A DNA stretch of 64,000 bases from an uncultured Bacilli bacterium (GTDB taxonomy: Bacteria; Bacillota_I; Bacilli_A; RF39; UBA660): contig CAKOTA010000006.1 of assembly GCA_934119965.1 (NCBI GenBank), positions 3,933 to 67,932 on the forward strand, written 5' to 3'. Shown piece after piece: positions 49,948-58,109 of the stretch. Made by a program: the position numbers and the translations under genes. How positions within the stretch are numbered: the first letter of the stretch is position 1; every line of letters begins with the position of its first letter. The notes below the pieces were generated by a model. The model was not told the DNA's origin, made no database searches, and saw nothing but the letters and a program-made list of their open reading frames with translations.

Positions 49948-50646
49948 ATGAAAGGTTTTCAAAAAATATATCCATTTACTACTGAATCAATAAGTGGTTA
50001 TATTACAAAAATGGATATAAAAGATAAAATGGTTTTAACACTTGGTTCTTCATGTGATCAAGCATTAAATAGTTTATTATTAGGAGCAAAGGATGTTACT
50101 ATTTTTGATATTAATGAACAGGTTAAGAATTTTTACGAATTGAAAAGGAAATTAATATTGTCCACATCTAGAGAAGATTTGAGAGAAAAACTGATTAATG
50201 AATTAAATAGCAAAGATTTTTTGTATTTTAATGAAATATTTTTAAATGATAGTTTAATAAAAATGAATTTATATTTACAAAATGATGAAAATTATAATAA
50301 ATTAAGAAATATCTTAAAAGAAAAGAAAATCAATTTTATAGTTGGTGATATATTTAATGTGACTGAGTATTCTAAGTTGAATCAAAAATACGACCGAGTT
50401 ATTTTATCCAATGTTTTAGATTATCTTCCTACTGATTTAGACAAAAGTAAAAAAGTTTTTGATATATATAAAGGACTTTCACAACACTTAAATGAAGAAT
50501 CATTAATTCAATTATATTATTTATATGGCACACTTTTTTCTAATGATTTTATTAAAGTTGTGAATAGATTTTTAGATTATAATATTTTATTTGAAAAAAT
50601 CCCTTGTGACGAAGAAGATTCGGCAATATTTGTAAAAAAGAAATAA
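49948..50646 (+). CDS. Rossmann-fold SAM-dependent methyltransferase-like protein (DUF3419-like?)
   Basis: VLTLGSSCDQALNSLLLGAKDVTIFDIN resembles SAM-binding motif I plus an acidic loop. Weak. Confidence 0.35.
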   Translation: MKGFQKIYPFTTESISGYITKMDIKDKMVLTLGSSCDQALNSLLLGAKDVTIFDINEQVKNFYELKRKLILSTSREDLREKLINELNSKDFLYFNEIFLNDSLIKMNLYLQNDENYNKLRNILKEKKINFIVGDIFNVTEYSKLNQKYDRVILSNVLDYLPTDLDKSKKVFDIYKGLSQHLNEESLIQLYYLYGTLFSNDFIKVVNRFLDYNILFEKIPCDEEDSAIFVKKK

Positions 50647-50718
50647 ATATGTTAAAGTATATTGACATTTTTAAATTCTAGGAGTATTATCAATTTAATA
50701 TTTTATTTGGAGGTACTT

Positions 50719-50814
50719 ATGGTAAATGAAATTATAAAAAAATGTTTATTAGAATCATTTACAAATGAAATCACTTGTATTGATTTTCTATGTGCTTCTT
50801 TAATAAAACGATAG
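50719..50814 (+). CDS. Small Cys-containing ORF (31 aa) upstream of rel
   Basis: Not in the track. GGAGGT RBS 5 nt upstream. Sequence MVNEIIKKCLLESFTNEITCIDFLCASLIKR. Its stop codon is embedded in a terminator-like hairpin. Confidence 0.35.
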   Translation: MVNEIIKKCLLESFTNEITCIDFLCASLIKR

Positions 50815-50847
50815 GCTGTAAATATTTTGCGCGCTTATCGTTTTTTT
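50806..50847 (+). terminator. Terminator/attenuator-like hairpin in the rel leader
   Basis: AAACGATA (50806-13) pairs with TATCGTTT (50836-43), followed by a T run to 50847. Confidence 0.45.
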
Positions 50848-50867
50848 GTTATATACGGAGGTGTTTT

Positions 50868-52313
50868 ATGAATCAAGTTGAAGAACTAAAAGTTAAATTA
50901 TTTGAAAATATTAAAGAATATAATGAGGAAGAGACTAATAATGTTTTAAAAGCATTTGAATTTGCTAATGAATTACATAAAGGCGTTTACCGTCAAAGTG
51001 GTGACCCTTATATAACACATCCTTTAGAAGTAGCAATTATTTTATCAGAAATGCATGCTGATAGAGATACTATTTGTGCGGGATTACTTCATGATACAAT
51101 TGAAGATACAAATATTACTAAAGAAGATATAGCTGAAGCTTTTAATAAAGATGTTGCGAAATTAGTTGACGGAGTTACCAAAATAAGTAAACTTAATTTT
51201 TCAAATAAACAAGAACAAAATGTTGCAAACACAAGAAAAATAATTACTAGTATCACTGATGATGTAAGAATTGTTATAATTAAATTGGCAGATAGGTTAC
51301 ATAATATGCGAACATTACAATTTAAAAGTGAATTTAAACAAAAAGAAAATTCAATGGAAACAATGGATATATTTGTGCCACTTGCTTATTATATTGGAGC
51401 TTATAGAATTAAAAGTGAATTAGAGGATTTATCACTACAATATTTATATCCTGATAAATACAAAAAATTAGAAGAAGTAAAAATAAAAATTGAAAATGAA
51501 AGTTCTAATTGTTTAAAAGAAATGTATGAAAATATAAATTGTATTTTAAATAATAGAGATATACCACATGAAATTAAAATAAGAACTAAAAATATTTATG
51601 GTATTTATAAAAGATTAGAACAAGGACATAAAATATCTGATATTCATGATCTTTTAGCGCTTAAAGTAATGGTTGATGATATAGCAAATTGTTATCAAAC
51701 ATTAGGTTTAATTCATTCTCAATATCATCCTATTAATGACAAATTTAAAGATTACATTTATAATCCAAAAACTAATATGTATAGATCACTTCATACTACA
51801 GTGTTTGGTGAAGATAATAGACTTGTTCAAACACAAATTAGAACATTTAATATGGATAAAGTTGCTTCATTTGGACTTACTGCATATTGGGATATTGAAA
51901 AAGGAAATGCTAGAAATGTAATGCAAGATGATTTAAAAAATAAATATCAATTCTTTAAATCATTAATTGAAATAAATCGTGTTTTTGGAGATAATCAAGA
52001 ATTTGTAAGGCAAGTAAAAAATGAACTTTTTACTGATAGAATATATGTATATACAACTAAGGGAGAAATAGTTGAACTACCAATTGGTTCTACAGCAATT
52101 GATTTTGCTTATAAAATTCATTCTGATTTAGGTAATACAATGGTTTCAGCAATTGTAAATGATAAGGTTGTTGAACCAGACTATGTATTGCATAATAAGG
52201 ATAGGGTAAGAATTATAACTGATATTATGTCATATGGACCAAGAGAAGAGTGGATAAATAAAGTTCAAACTACTAAAGCAAAAAGAAAGATAAAGGAGTT
52301 TAATAGAAAATAA
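50868..52313 (+). CDS. rel: Bifunctional (p)ppGpp synthetase/hydrolase Rel, short form ending just after the TGS domain
   Basis: HD domain (HDTIEDT), synthetase domain (YRSLHTTV) and TGS domain. The ATG at 50868 follows GGAGGTG; the track start at 50790 lies inside the leader terminator. Confidence 0.85.
   Translation: MNQVEELKVKLFENIKEYNEEETNNVLKAFEFANELHKGVYRQSGDPYITHPLEVAIILSEMHADRDTICAGLLHDTIEDTNITKEDIAEAFNKDVAKLVDGVTKISKLNFSNKQEQNVANTRKIITSITDDVRIVIIKLADRLHNMRTLQFKSEFKQKENSMETMDIFVPLAYYIGAYRIKSELEDLSLQYLYPDKYKKLEEVKIKIENESSNCLKEMYENINCILNNRDIPHEIKIRTKNIYGIYKRLEQGHKISDIHDLLALKVMVDDIANCYQTLGLIHSQYHPINDKFKDYIYNPKTNMYRSLHTTVFGEDNRLVQTQIRTFNMDKVASFGLTAYWDIEKGNARNVMQDDLKNKYQFFKSLIEINRVFGDNQEFVRQVKNELFTDRIYVYTTKGEIVELPIGSTAIDFAYKIHSDLGNTMVSAIVNDKVVEPDYVLHNKDRVRIITDIMSYGPREEWINKVQTTKAKRKIKEFNRK
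51927..52310 (+). repeat. Direct repeat copy 1 (3' end of intact rel)
   Basis: 384 bp recurring at 60099-60482 (constant offset 8172), with only a handful of substitutions by eye. Confidence 0.9.
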
Positions 52314-52765
52314 TGAATAAAGTGATTTATATAGATTTCGATGGCGTACTTGTTGATACTCCAAAATTTATAAATGAAGAGCTAAAAATAAATGGAAATT
52401 CAGAAGAAACTTGCAAAAATTTTCATTGGGATTATTTTTTAAAAAATTGTAATGAAATAGAAAATAATTTAACAGTTTTAAAAAAAATATCGCAAAAAAA
52501 TAAAGTCGTAATTTTAACACATGTTTATTCAGACAATGAAAAATTAGCTAAAGAGAAGTTTATTTTTGAAAAACTAAATAATATAAAGATTATTGCAGTT
52601 CCTTATTATATAGATAAAAATATAATTGTTAATCCAAAAGATAATATTTTAATTGATGATTATAGTAATAATATTGATAAATGGATAAATTCAGGTGGTA
52701 TAGGAATACAATTTAAAAACGAAAAAAGAATAGATAAATTATTAATTGATTACATAAGAATTTAA
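52313..52765 (+). CDS. HAD-superfamily phosphatase (5'(3')-deoxyribonucleotidase-like)
   Basis: YIDFDGVLVD (DxDG motif I) and IDD late motif. The ATG overlaps the rel stop (TAATG). Confidence 0.55.
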   Translation: MNKVIYIDFDGVLVDTPKFINEELKINGNSEETCKNFHWDYFLKNCNEIENNLTVLKKISQKNKVVILTHVYSDNEKLAKEKFIFEKLNNIKIIAVPYYIDKNIIVNPKDNILIDDYSNNIDKWINSGGIGIQFKNEKRIDKLLIDYIRI

Positions 52766-52778
52766 GGTGGTGAAAATA

Positions 52779-53657
52779 ATGATATCTTATTATAGTTGTT
52801 TTAATAAAAAAATTTTAATTAATTTATATAAAAAGTCGGATGATATGTTGGATTTTTGGCTAAAAAGATTTTGCCCTAGTATAATTAAAATTCAAGATTC
52901 AGCACAATTAAAAATTGATTTAGAAATTATTGTCGTAAAATCCGAAAAAACAAATTATAGTATAAAAAATAATAAAATATTTTTATTTGGAAATATAAGA
53001 GATAATATAAGCTATATTGCAAAATTTGTAACACAATGTTTTCAAAAATTATTAATAGAAGAAAATATTTTAATAATTCCAGCATCATGTGTCTCAAAAA
53101 AAAATAAAGCGTTACTTGTAATAGGTGATTTTTGGCAAGGAAAAACTTCTTCAGCATTAAATATCTCATCTAAATATAAGTGTAATTTAATATCAGACAA
53201 TTATGTTGCTATTAAAGATGGTTATATTATAGGAGCCACAAGTTTTATATCAGTAAGGAAAGAAGATATTAAAGATAAAACCAATCCCATATTTTTTAGC
53301 ATTAATGATAGATATTTTTATAATAATAAATATTTCTATGATAGTAATTTAAAGATAATTGGATTTATGTTACCATATATTAATAAAGGAGATAATAATA
53401 TTCATTACATATCAAAGGAAGAATCTTATTGGTATTTATATCAAAAATTTTCAAGATTATTATGTGGCGAAACGATTTTATTTGATGGAAAATTGCCATC
53501 ACCAATGTTTTTAAATAAGAGTAATTCAAAAACAATTTTAAAAATTGTAGATGAATTACTAATTAGCAATAGCATAAAATATGTTTCTGCTCCAATGGAT
53601 ATTATAACAAACGAAGGAAACAAAATATTATGTGATGGAGATGATAATAATGAATAA
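52779..53657 (+). CDS. HprK C-terminal-domain-like protein with degenerate P-loop
   Basis: IPASCVSKKNKALLVIGDFWQGKTSSALNISSKYKCNLISDNYVAI parallels the HprK pattern H(A/G)S.V...G.G.L..G.SG.GKS..AL.L......L.(A/S)DD. Confidence 0.45.
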   Translation: MISYYSCFNKKILINLYKKSDDMLDFWLKRFCPSIIKIQDSAQLKIDLEIIVVKSEKTNYSIKNNKIFLFGNIRDNISYIAKFVTQCFQKLLIEENILIIPASCVSKKNKALLVIGDFWQGKTSSALNISSKYKCNLISDNYVAIKDGYIIGATSFISVRKEDIKDKTNPIFFSINDRYFYNNKYFYDSNLKIIGFMLPYINKGDNNIHYISKEESYWYLYQKFSRLLCGETILFDGKLPSPMFLNKSNSKTILKIVDELLISNSIKYVSAPMDIITNEGNKILCDGDDNNE

Positions 53658-54672
53658 GGATTTTAATTTTATTGTAAAATTAACAACCGGTTGTCCTGGA
53701 AATTGTAAGTGTTGCCGCGATAGACAAGAAAACTTTAAATTAAAAAATGAAAAAAATAGTATTTTTGATATAAATATTTTTGAAAAAATATGTAAGAATA
53801 TAAAAAAATTAAACGGATCGTATGTATGCATTTCTGGCGGAGAGCCAACTATGGTAAGAAATATTGATGATTATATAAAAATAGCAAAAAAATACGAATT
53901 AGCGACAAGAATAAATACAAATGGATGGAATGTCACAAAAGACAATTTAGAATGTTGGTTAAAAAATGGATTAGATCAAATTGTTTTATCAATATATGGG
54001 TTAGATGAAAAGAGTATTATTGAGACCAGAGGTAATAGATTTATTTTTGATAAAAGTATGAGGGCTATTGAAGTTATAAAAGAACTAAGAAAAAAATATA
54101 AATTTATATTTATTATTCAAACTATAATAATGAAAGAAAATTATAAGCAAATGCCAGAATTACTTAATTACTCAATTGATAGTAATGTAAATTTATTTTG
54201 GCCTTCATATTTGGAAGATGCAATTAATTTACCAGAAATAAGGTTGAGTACTGAAGAAATAAGTGATTTCAAAAATAATATAATTCCAAATATGAAAAAA
54301 ATAATTGATGAAAAAGTTATGGATAATAAGATAAAAGAGAATATTATGAAATCATTAGATAGTTATTATAATGATGGTACAAAGTTATATCAATACCATA
54401 AAGAAAATGAGAATTGTCATTGGAGCGGTAAACATTTCACATTTTATCCTAATGGGACAATAGATCCATGTCCTGGTCATGAATATTTTAAGAGTAAATA
54501 TCAATTTAAAATAAATTATAATGAGATTGATGAGTTTATGAAATTAGAAAATTTAACTAAATGTAAAAATGTATGTTTTGATTATTGTAAGTATTGTCCA
54601 CAAGGTGTTCATCACGAAATATCATTTATGCCTGTTTCATTTAATGAACATGATAGTAAAGAGGAAATTTAA
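53650..54672 (+). CDS. Radical SAM enzyme with C-terminal SPASM/twitch-like Cys cluster
   Basis: CPGNCKCC contains CxxxCxxC near the N-terminus. GGEP motif. C-terminal CHWSG...DPCPGHE...CKNVCFDYCKYCPQG. It overlaps the upstream gene by 8 nt. Confidence 0.7.
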   Translation: MNKDFNFIVKLTTGCPGNCKCCRDRQENFKLKNEKNSIFDINIFEKICKNIKKLNGSYVCISGGEPTMVRNIDDYIKIAKKYELATRINTNGWNVTKDNLECWLKNGLDQIVLSIYGLDEKSIIETRGNRFIFDKSMRAIEVIKELRKKYKFIFIIQTIIMKENYKQMPELLNYSIDSNVNLFWPSYLEDAINLPEIRLSTEEISDFKNNIIPNMKKIIDEKVMDNKIKENIMKSLDSYYNDGTKLYQYHKENENCHWSGKHFTFYPNGTIDPCPGHEYFKSKYQFKINYNEIDEFMKLENLTKCKNVCFDYCKYCPQGVHHEISFMPVSFNEHDSKEEI

Positions 54673-56007
54673 ATGATATATACTACCGAAGAAAATAGGT
54701 ATTTATCATACAATACACCTTTAATAGAATATATTAGGTCAAAACATTTATATACAAACGAAAATCTGATGTATACAAAAAAATATTCTGATGGTACATT
54801 TTCAATAACAAAGCCTACAGAAATATTTACAAATTGTGAGTTTATCAATGGATATCCACATTTTCAAATACCACTTTCAAAATGTATAGAAGAAATTGAG
54901 TTTTTTATAACAGGTGAAAAAATGTATGATAATAATTTTTATATTAGATATGGTGATACTCATCCACATAAATGTATCCCTAAATTGGCACAAGTAAGAA
55001 ATTTAGTTATAGAAAATTCTTTATCAAATATGATAGGCAAAAATGTAAAAAGTTTTTACGGCTTTGGAGACATAAGTTTGAAATCATTAAAGGATTTTAT
55101 TGAAAAATATCATATAAATATGACACCCAATGAAATGTTTATAATGCTTGTTAATAATAATATATCTAATGATATTTTGAAAAAATTAGAGGAATATGAT
55201 TTATCAGCCTTAAAACAAATTTTTATTTTTTTAAGACAGTTAAGATTAGTTCCGAAAGAATTTTTAGTTGAATCGAAACTATACTCAAATCAAAATTTAT
55301 ATAGATCATTAAAGAGTAATCCAAATTTTACAGAAGAATTAAAAAAAAATGGAGAATTGAAATATTCACTACAAGAGTTAATATTTATTAATTCAATTTT
55401 AGATAATAATGATGATGTATTATTTAATATTATAGGTGCAAATCAAAATTCACATGTATTAAAAGTAGAAGAATTGTTAAAAGGAAATTATGATTTGAGA
55501 GGTAGATTTTTAACATATGAAATATGTAGAAATGCAGATGAACGTGATATTAATTTATGGTCTGAAAAGTTAAATAAGTTTATTGAAAAAAATAATTTAG
55601 AAATAAGTGGTGATAATCTTGATTACCAAGATTTATTAAAAATATTAATGATAATTAATAGTAATGATGTAATTATTGATTATGACAAATTAGATAAGTA
55701 TAAAAACAATATTAGAAAATTTACTAATATTGTTACAAGTATAGATGGTATAAATAATAAAAAAAATATTAATTCTGGTAATGATTTAATTTATAAAATG
55801 GCATTAGTTTGTTATAATTTAAATAGATCTATTGAAATGGGAAATCAAAGTAATTTTTACAGATACTTAATTGTTGTAGTTGATGAATATGAAAATAATA
55901 AAGATAAATATATTAATATTCAAGGACTGTATAAAGAATTTTTGATTAAGTGTTTAGATAGACTGGGGTATAAAAAGAAAGATAAAATAAAGGAGTTGAA
56001 AAAATGA
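54673..56007 (+). CDS. Hypothetical 444-aa protein
   Basis: Long ORF abutting the rSAM stop. No motif recognised. Confidence 0.5.
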   Translation: MIYTTEENRYLSYNTPLIEYIRSKHLYTNENLMYTKKYSDGTFSITKPTEIFTNCEFINGYPHFQIPLSKCIEEIEFFITGEKMYDNNFYIRYGDTHPHKCIPKLAQVRNLVIENSLSNMIGKNVKSFYGFGDISLKSLKDFIEKYHINMTPNEMFIMLVNNNISNDILKKLEEYDLSALKQIFIFLRQLRLVPKEFLVESKLYSNQNLYRSLKSNPNFTEELKKNGELKYSLQELIFINSILDNNDDVLFNIIGANQNSHVLKVEELLKGNYDLRGRFLTYEICRNADERDINLWSEKLNKFIEKNNLEISGDNLDYQDLLKILMIINSNDVIIDYDKLDKYKNNIRKFTNIVTSIDGINNKKNINSGNDLIYKMALVCYNLNRSIEMGNQSNFYRYLIVVVDEYENNKDKYINIQGLYKEFLIKCLDRLGYKKKDKIKELKK

Positions 56008-56978
56008 TTTATCCTAAAAAAGTAAATAAAAATGATATAATAGAAATAATTTCACCATCAAATGGTGTGAAAAGTAAAAAAATACAAAAAATCGAAAAAG
56101 CAGTAGAAAAATTAAATAATTATGGATATAAGGTAGTTGAAGATAGATATGTAAGAAATACTGAAAATGGCGTTAGTTCATCTGCATTTAATCGATCAGT
56201 TGAACTAAACAACGCAATTAAGAATAAAGAAGTAAGAGCCTTAATTGCATGTTCAGGTGGAGATTATTTAGTTCAAATTATGGGTTTAATAAGTTTTGAT
56301 CAATTTAAAAAAAATATAAAATGGATACAAGGTCAATCCGATATTACACCTTTGTTATTTTATATAACAACTAAATTAGATGTTGCAACAATTTATAGTT
56401 TTAATGCCAAATCTTTTGGTGATGATAATTTACCAGAATCAATGATAAAAAATAACATGGAATTTTTAAGTGGAAAAATGCCGAAACAAATTGAATATGG
56501 ATATAAAATAGATGATGATAAAATAGAACAACCATGGGAGTGTATAACAGAGGATAGAGAATTTAAAGGAAGAATTATAGGAGGATGCTTAGATTCATTA
56601 AAAGATATAATAGGGACAAAATATGATTGTGTAAAAAATTTTATAAATAAATATAATGAAGATGGAATAATTTGGTATTTTGATGTGGCGGAAATGACAA
56701 ATGAAGATATATTAAGAACAATGTGGCAATTTAAAAATGCCGGGTGGTTTATAGGGTGTAAAGGTATTTTATTTGGAAGAATAGAAAATGAAATTAATTA
56801 TACAGGCATAACACTAAAAGATGCAGTTAATTATAATCTTTTTGATTTAAATATTCCAATTTTTATAAATACAGATATAGGACACACGAATCCAGTATAT
56901 ACATTAATTAATGGTTCAATTGTAAGAGTTACTAAAAATAAAGATAATAAGCATATTATGGAGACAATTTTTGAATGA
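56004..56978 (+). CDS. S66-family serine peptidase (LD-carboxypeptidase LdcA / MccF-like)
   Basis: GQSDITPL (nucleophile elbow GxSD), C-terminal DIGHTNP (catalytic His) and SGGDY. Overlaps both neighbouring genes by 4 nt. Confidence 0.7.
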   Translation: MIYPKKVNKNDIIEIISPSNGVKSKKIQKIEKAVEKLNNYGYKVVEDRYVRNTENGVSSSAFNRSVELNNAIKNKEVRALIACSGGDYLVQIMGLISFDQFKKNIKWIQGQSDITPLLFYITTKLDVATIYSFNAKSFGDDNLPESMIKNNMEFLSGKMPKQIEYGYKIDDDKIEQPWECITEDREFKGRIIGGCLDSLKDIIGTKYDCVKNFINKYNEDGIIWYFDVAEMTNEDILRTMWQFKNAGWFIGCKGILFGRIENEINYTGITLKDAVNYNLFDLNIPIFINTDIGHTNPVYTLINGSIVRVTKNKDNKHIMETIFE

Positions 56979-58033
56979 AAATATTAATTGGAATTTGTGG
57001 AATTGGAAATGGACATTTAAGCAGACAGACAAATGTAATAAATTTATTAATGAATAAAAATCATAAAATAGTTATAGTAACTACGAAGAATAATATTAAT
57101 TATTTTAAAAATAAATTTCCAGAGTTTAAAGTATTAGAAATTAGTATTCCATGGATAGCATGCAATTCAACAGGAATTGATTTTGAAACATCTTTAAAAA
57201 AATATCAAGAGGGGAAAATAGATCAATTTTTTGAATTTTTAAAATTTTCTATGAATGTAGAAAATGCATTTTCTGGAGTTCCGGATTTGGTAATTACAGA
57301 TTATGAACCGAATGTTGCTCAATATTCTTATGCAGTTGATATACCTTTAATTTGTATGGAACAGCAATCAAAATTTTTATATTTAAATGAAGTAAAAATA
57401 AGTAATTTCTCAATTTTAGAAGAAAAAAAAAGAATTAATTATTTTTTTCCAAAATACTCGTATAAAGTAATTTCATCTTTTTTTCCAATAACTATAAAAG
57501 AAAAAAATGTTAAAGTGGTTACACCGATTATATCTCCATTAAATGAGATAAAACATAAAAAAAATCATATATTAGTATACTTTTCTCCATATGAAAATTC
57601 AGATAAGTATAAAAAAATAGTAAGAGCATTAGAAGATATACCAAATCGTAATGTAATTGTTTATACAAAGGAAGACTTCGATATTGATTCGAATAACATT
57701 ACATTTAAATCTTATTCTAATGAATTTAAAAACGATCTTGAAAATGCTTACTGTATAATATCTACTGCCGGGCATCAGTTGCTAAGCGAATCTATCTCAA
57801 TTGAAGTGCCAGCATACTTAATACCATTAAGTACATATGAACAAAATTATAATGCTAAAATGATTGAAAAATATGATTTGGGAAAAATATCACATAATAT
57901 AAATGCCGAAGAAATAAATCAATTTATTAAAGAAATACCTTACTATAAGAAAAGAATTATAAAGTTCAAAAATAAATATTATAAAAATAATTGGGAAAAG
58001 AGTTTGTTAGAAATTATTGATACTTTTATGTAA
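56975..58033 (+). CDS. GT-B glycosyltransferase (MurG/GT28-like; MJ1255-type N-terminus)
   Basis: MKILIGICGIGNGHLSRQ N-terminus and a C-terminal nucleotide-sugar-binding-like TAGHQLLSES. Confidence 0.55.
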   Translation: MKILIGICGIGNGHLSRQTNVINLLMNKNHKIVIVTTKNNINYFKNKFPEFKVLEISIPWIACNSTGIDFETSLKKYQEGKIDQFFEFLKFSMNVENAFSGVPDLVITDYEPNVAQYSYAVDIPLICMEQQSKFLYLNEVKISNFSILEEKKRINYFFPKYSYKVISSFFPITIKEKNVKVVTPIISPLNEIKHKKNHILVYFSPYENSDKYKKIVRALEDIPNRNVIVYTKEDFDIDSNNITFKSYSNEFKNDLENAYCIISTAGHQLLSESISIEVPAYLIPLSTYEQNYNAKMIEKYDLGKISHNINAEEINQFIKEIPYYKKRIIKFKNKYYKNNWEKSLLEIIDTFM

Positions 58034-58041
58034 AAAAATGC

Positions 58042-58069
58042 TTGACTTTTAGTAAGGGCTCATTATAAT
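58042..58069 (+). promoter_or_regulatory. Strong sigma-A-type promoter for argS
   Basis: TTGACT (58042-47), a 16-nt spacer, then TATAAT (58064-69). No T-box-sized leader. Confidence 0.6.
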
Positions 58070-58109
58070 ATATGTAAATTAAATTTTGTTAGTGAAAGAG
58101 GGAATTTTT

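Noticed and set aside
50790-50867. Track start of rel at 50790 (MCFFNKTIGCKYFARLSFFCYIRRCF...).
   Set aside because: That stretch spans the terminator-like hairpin of the leader and has no RBS. The ATG at 50868 is preceded by GGAGGTG and begins the conserved Rel N-terminus.
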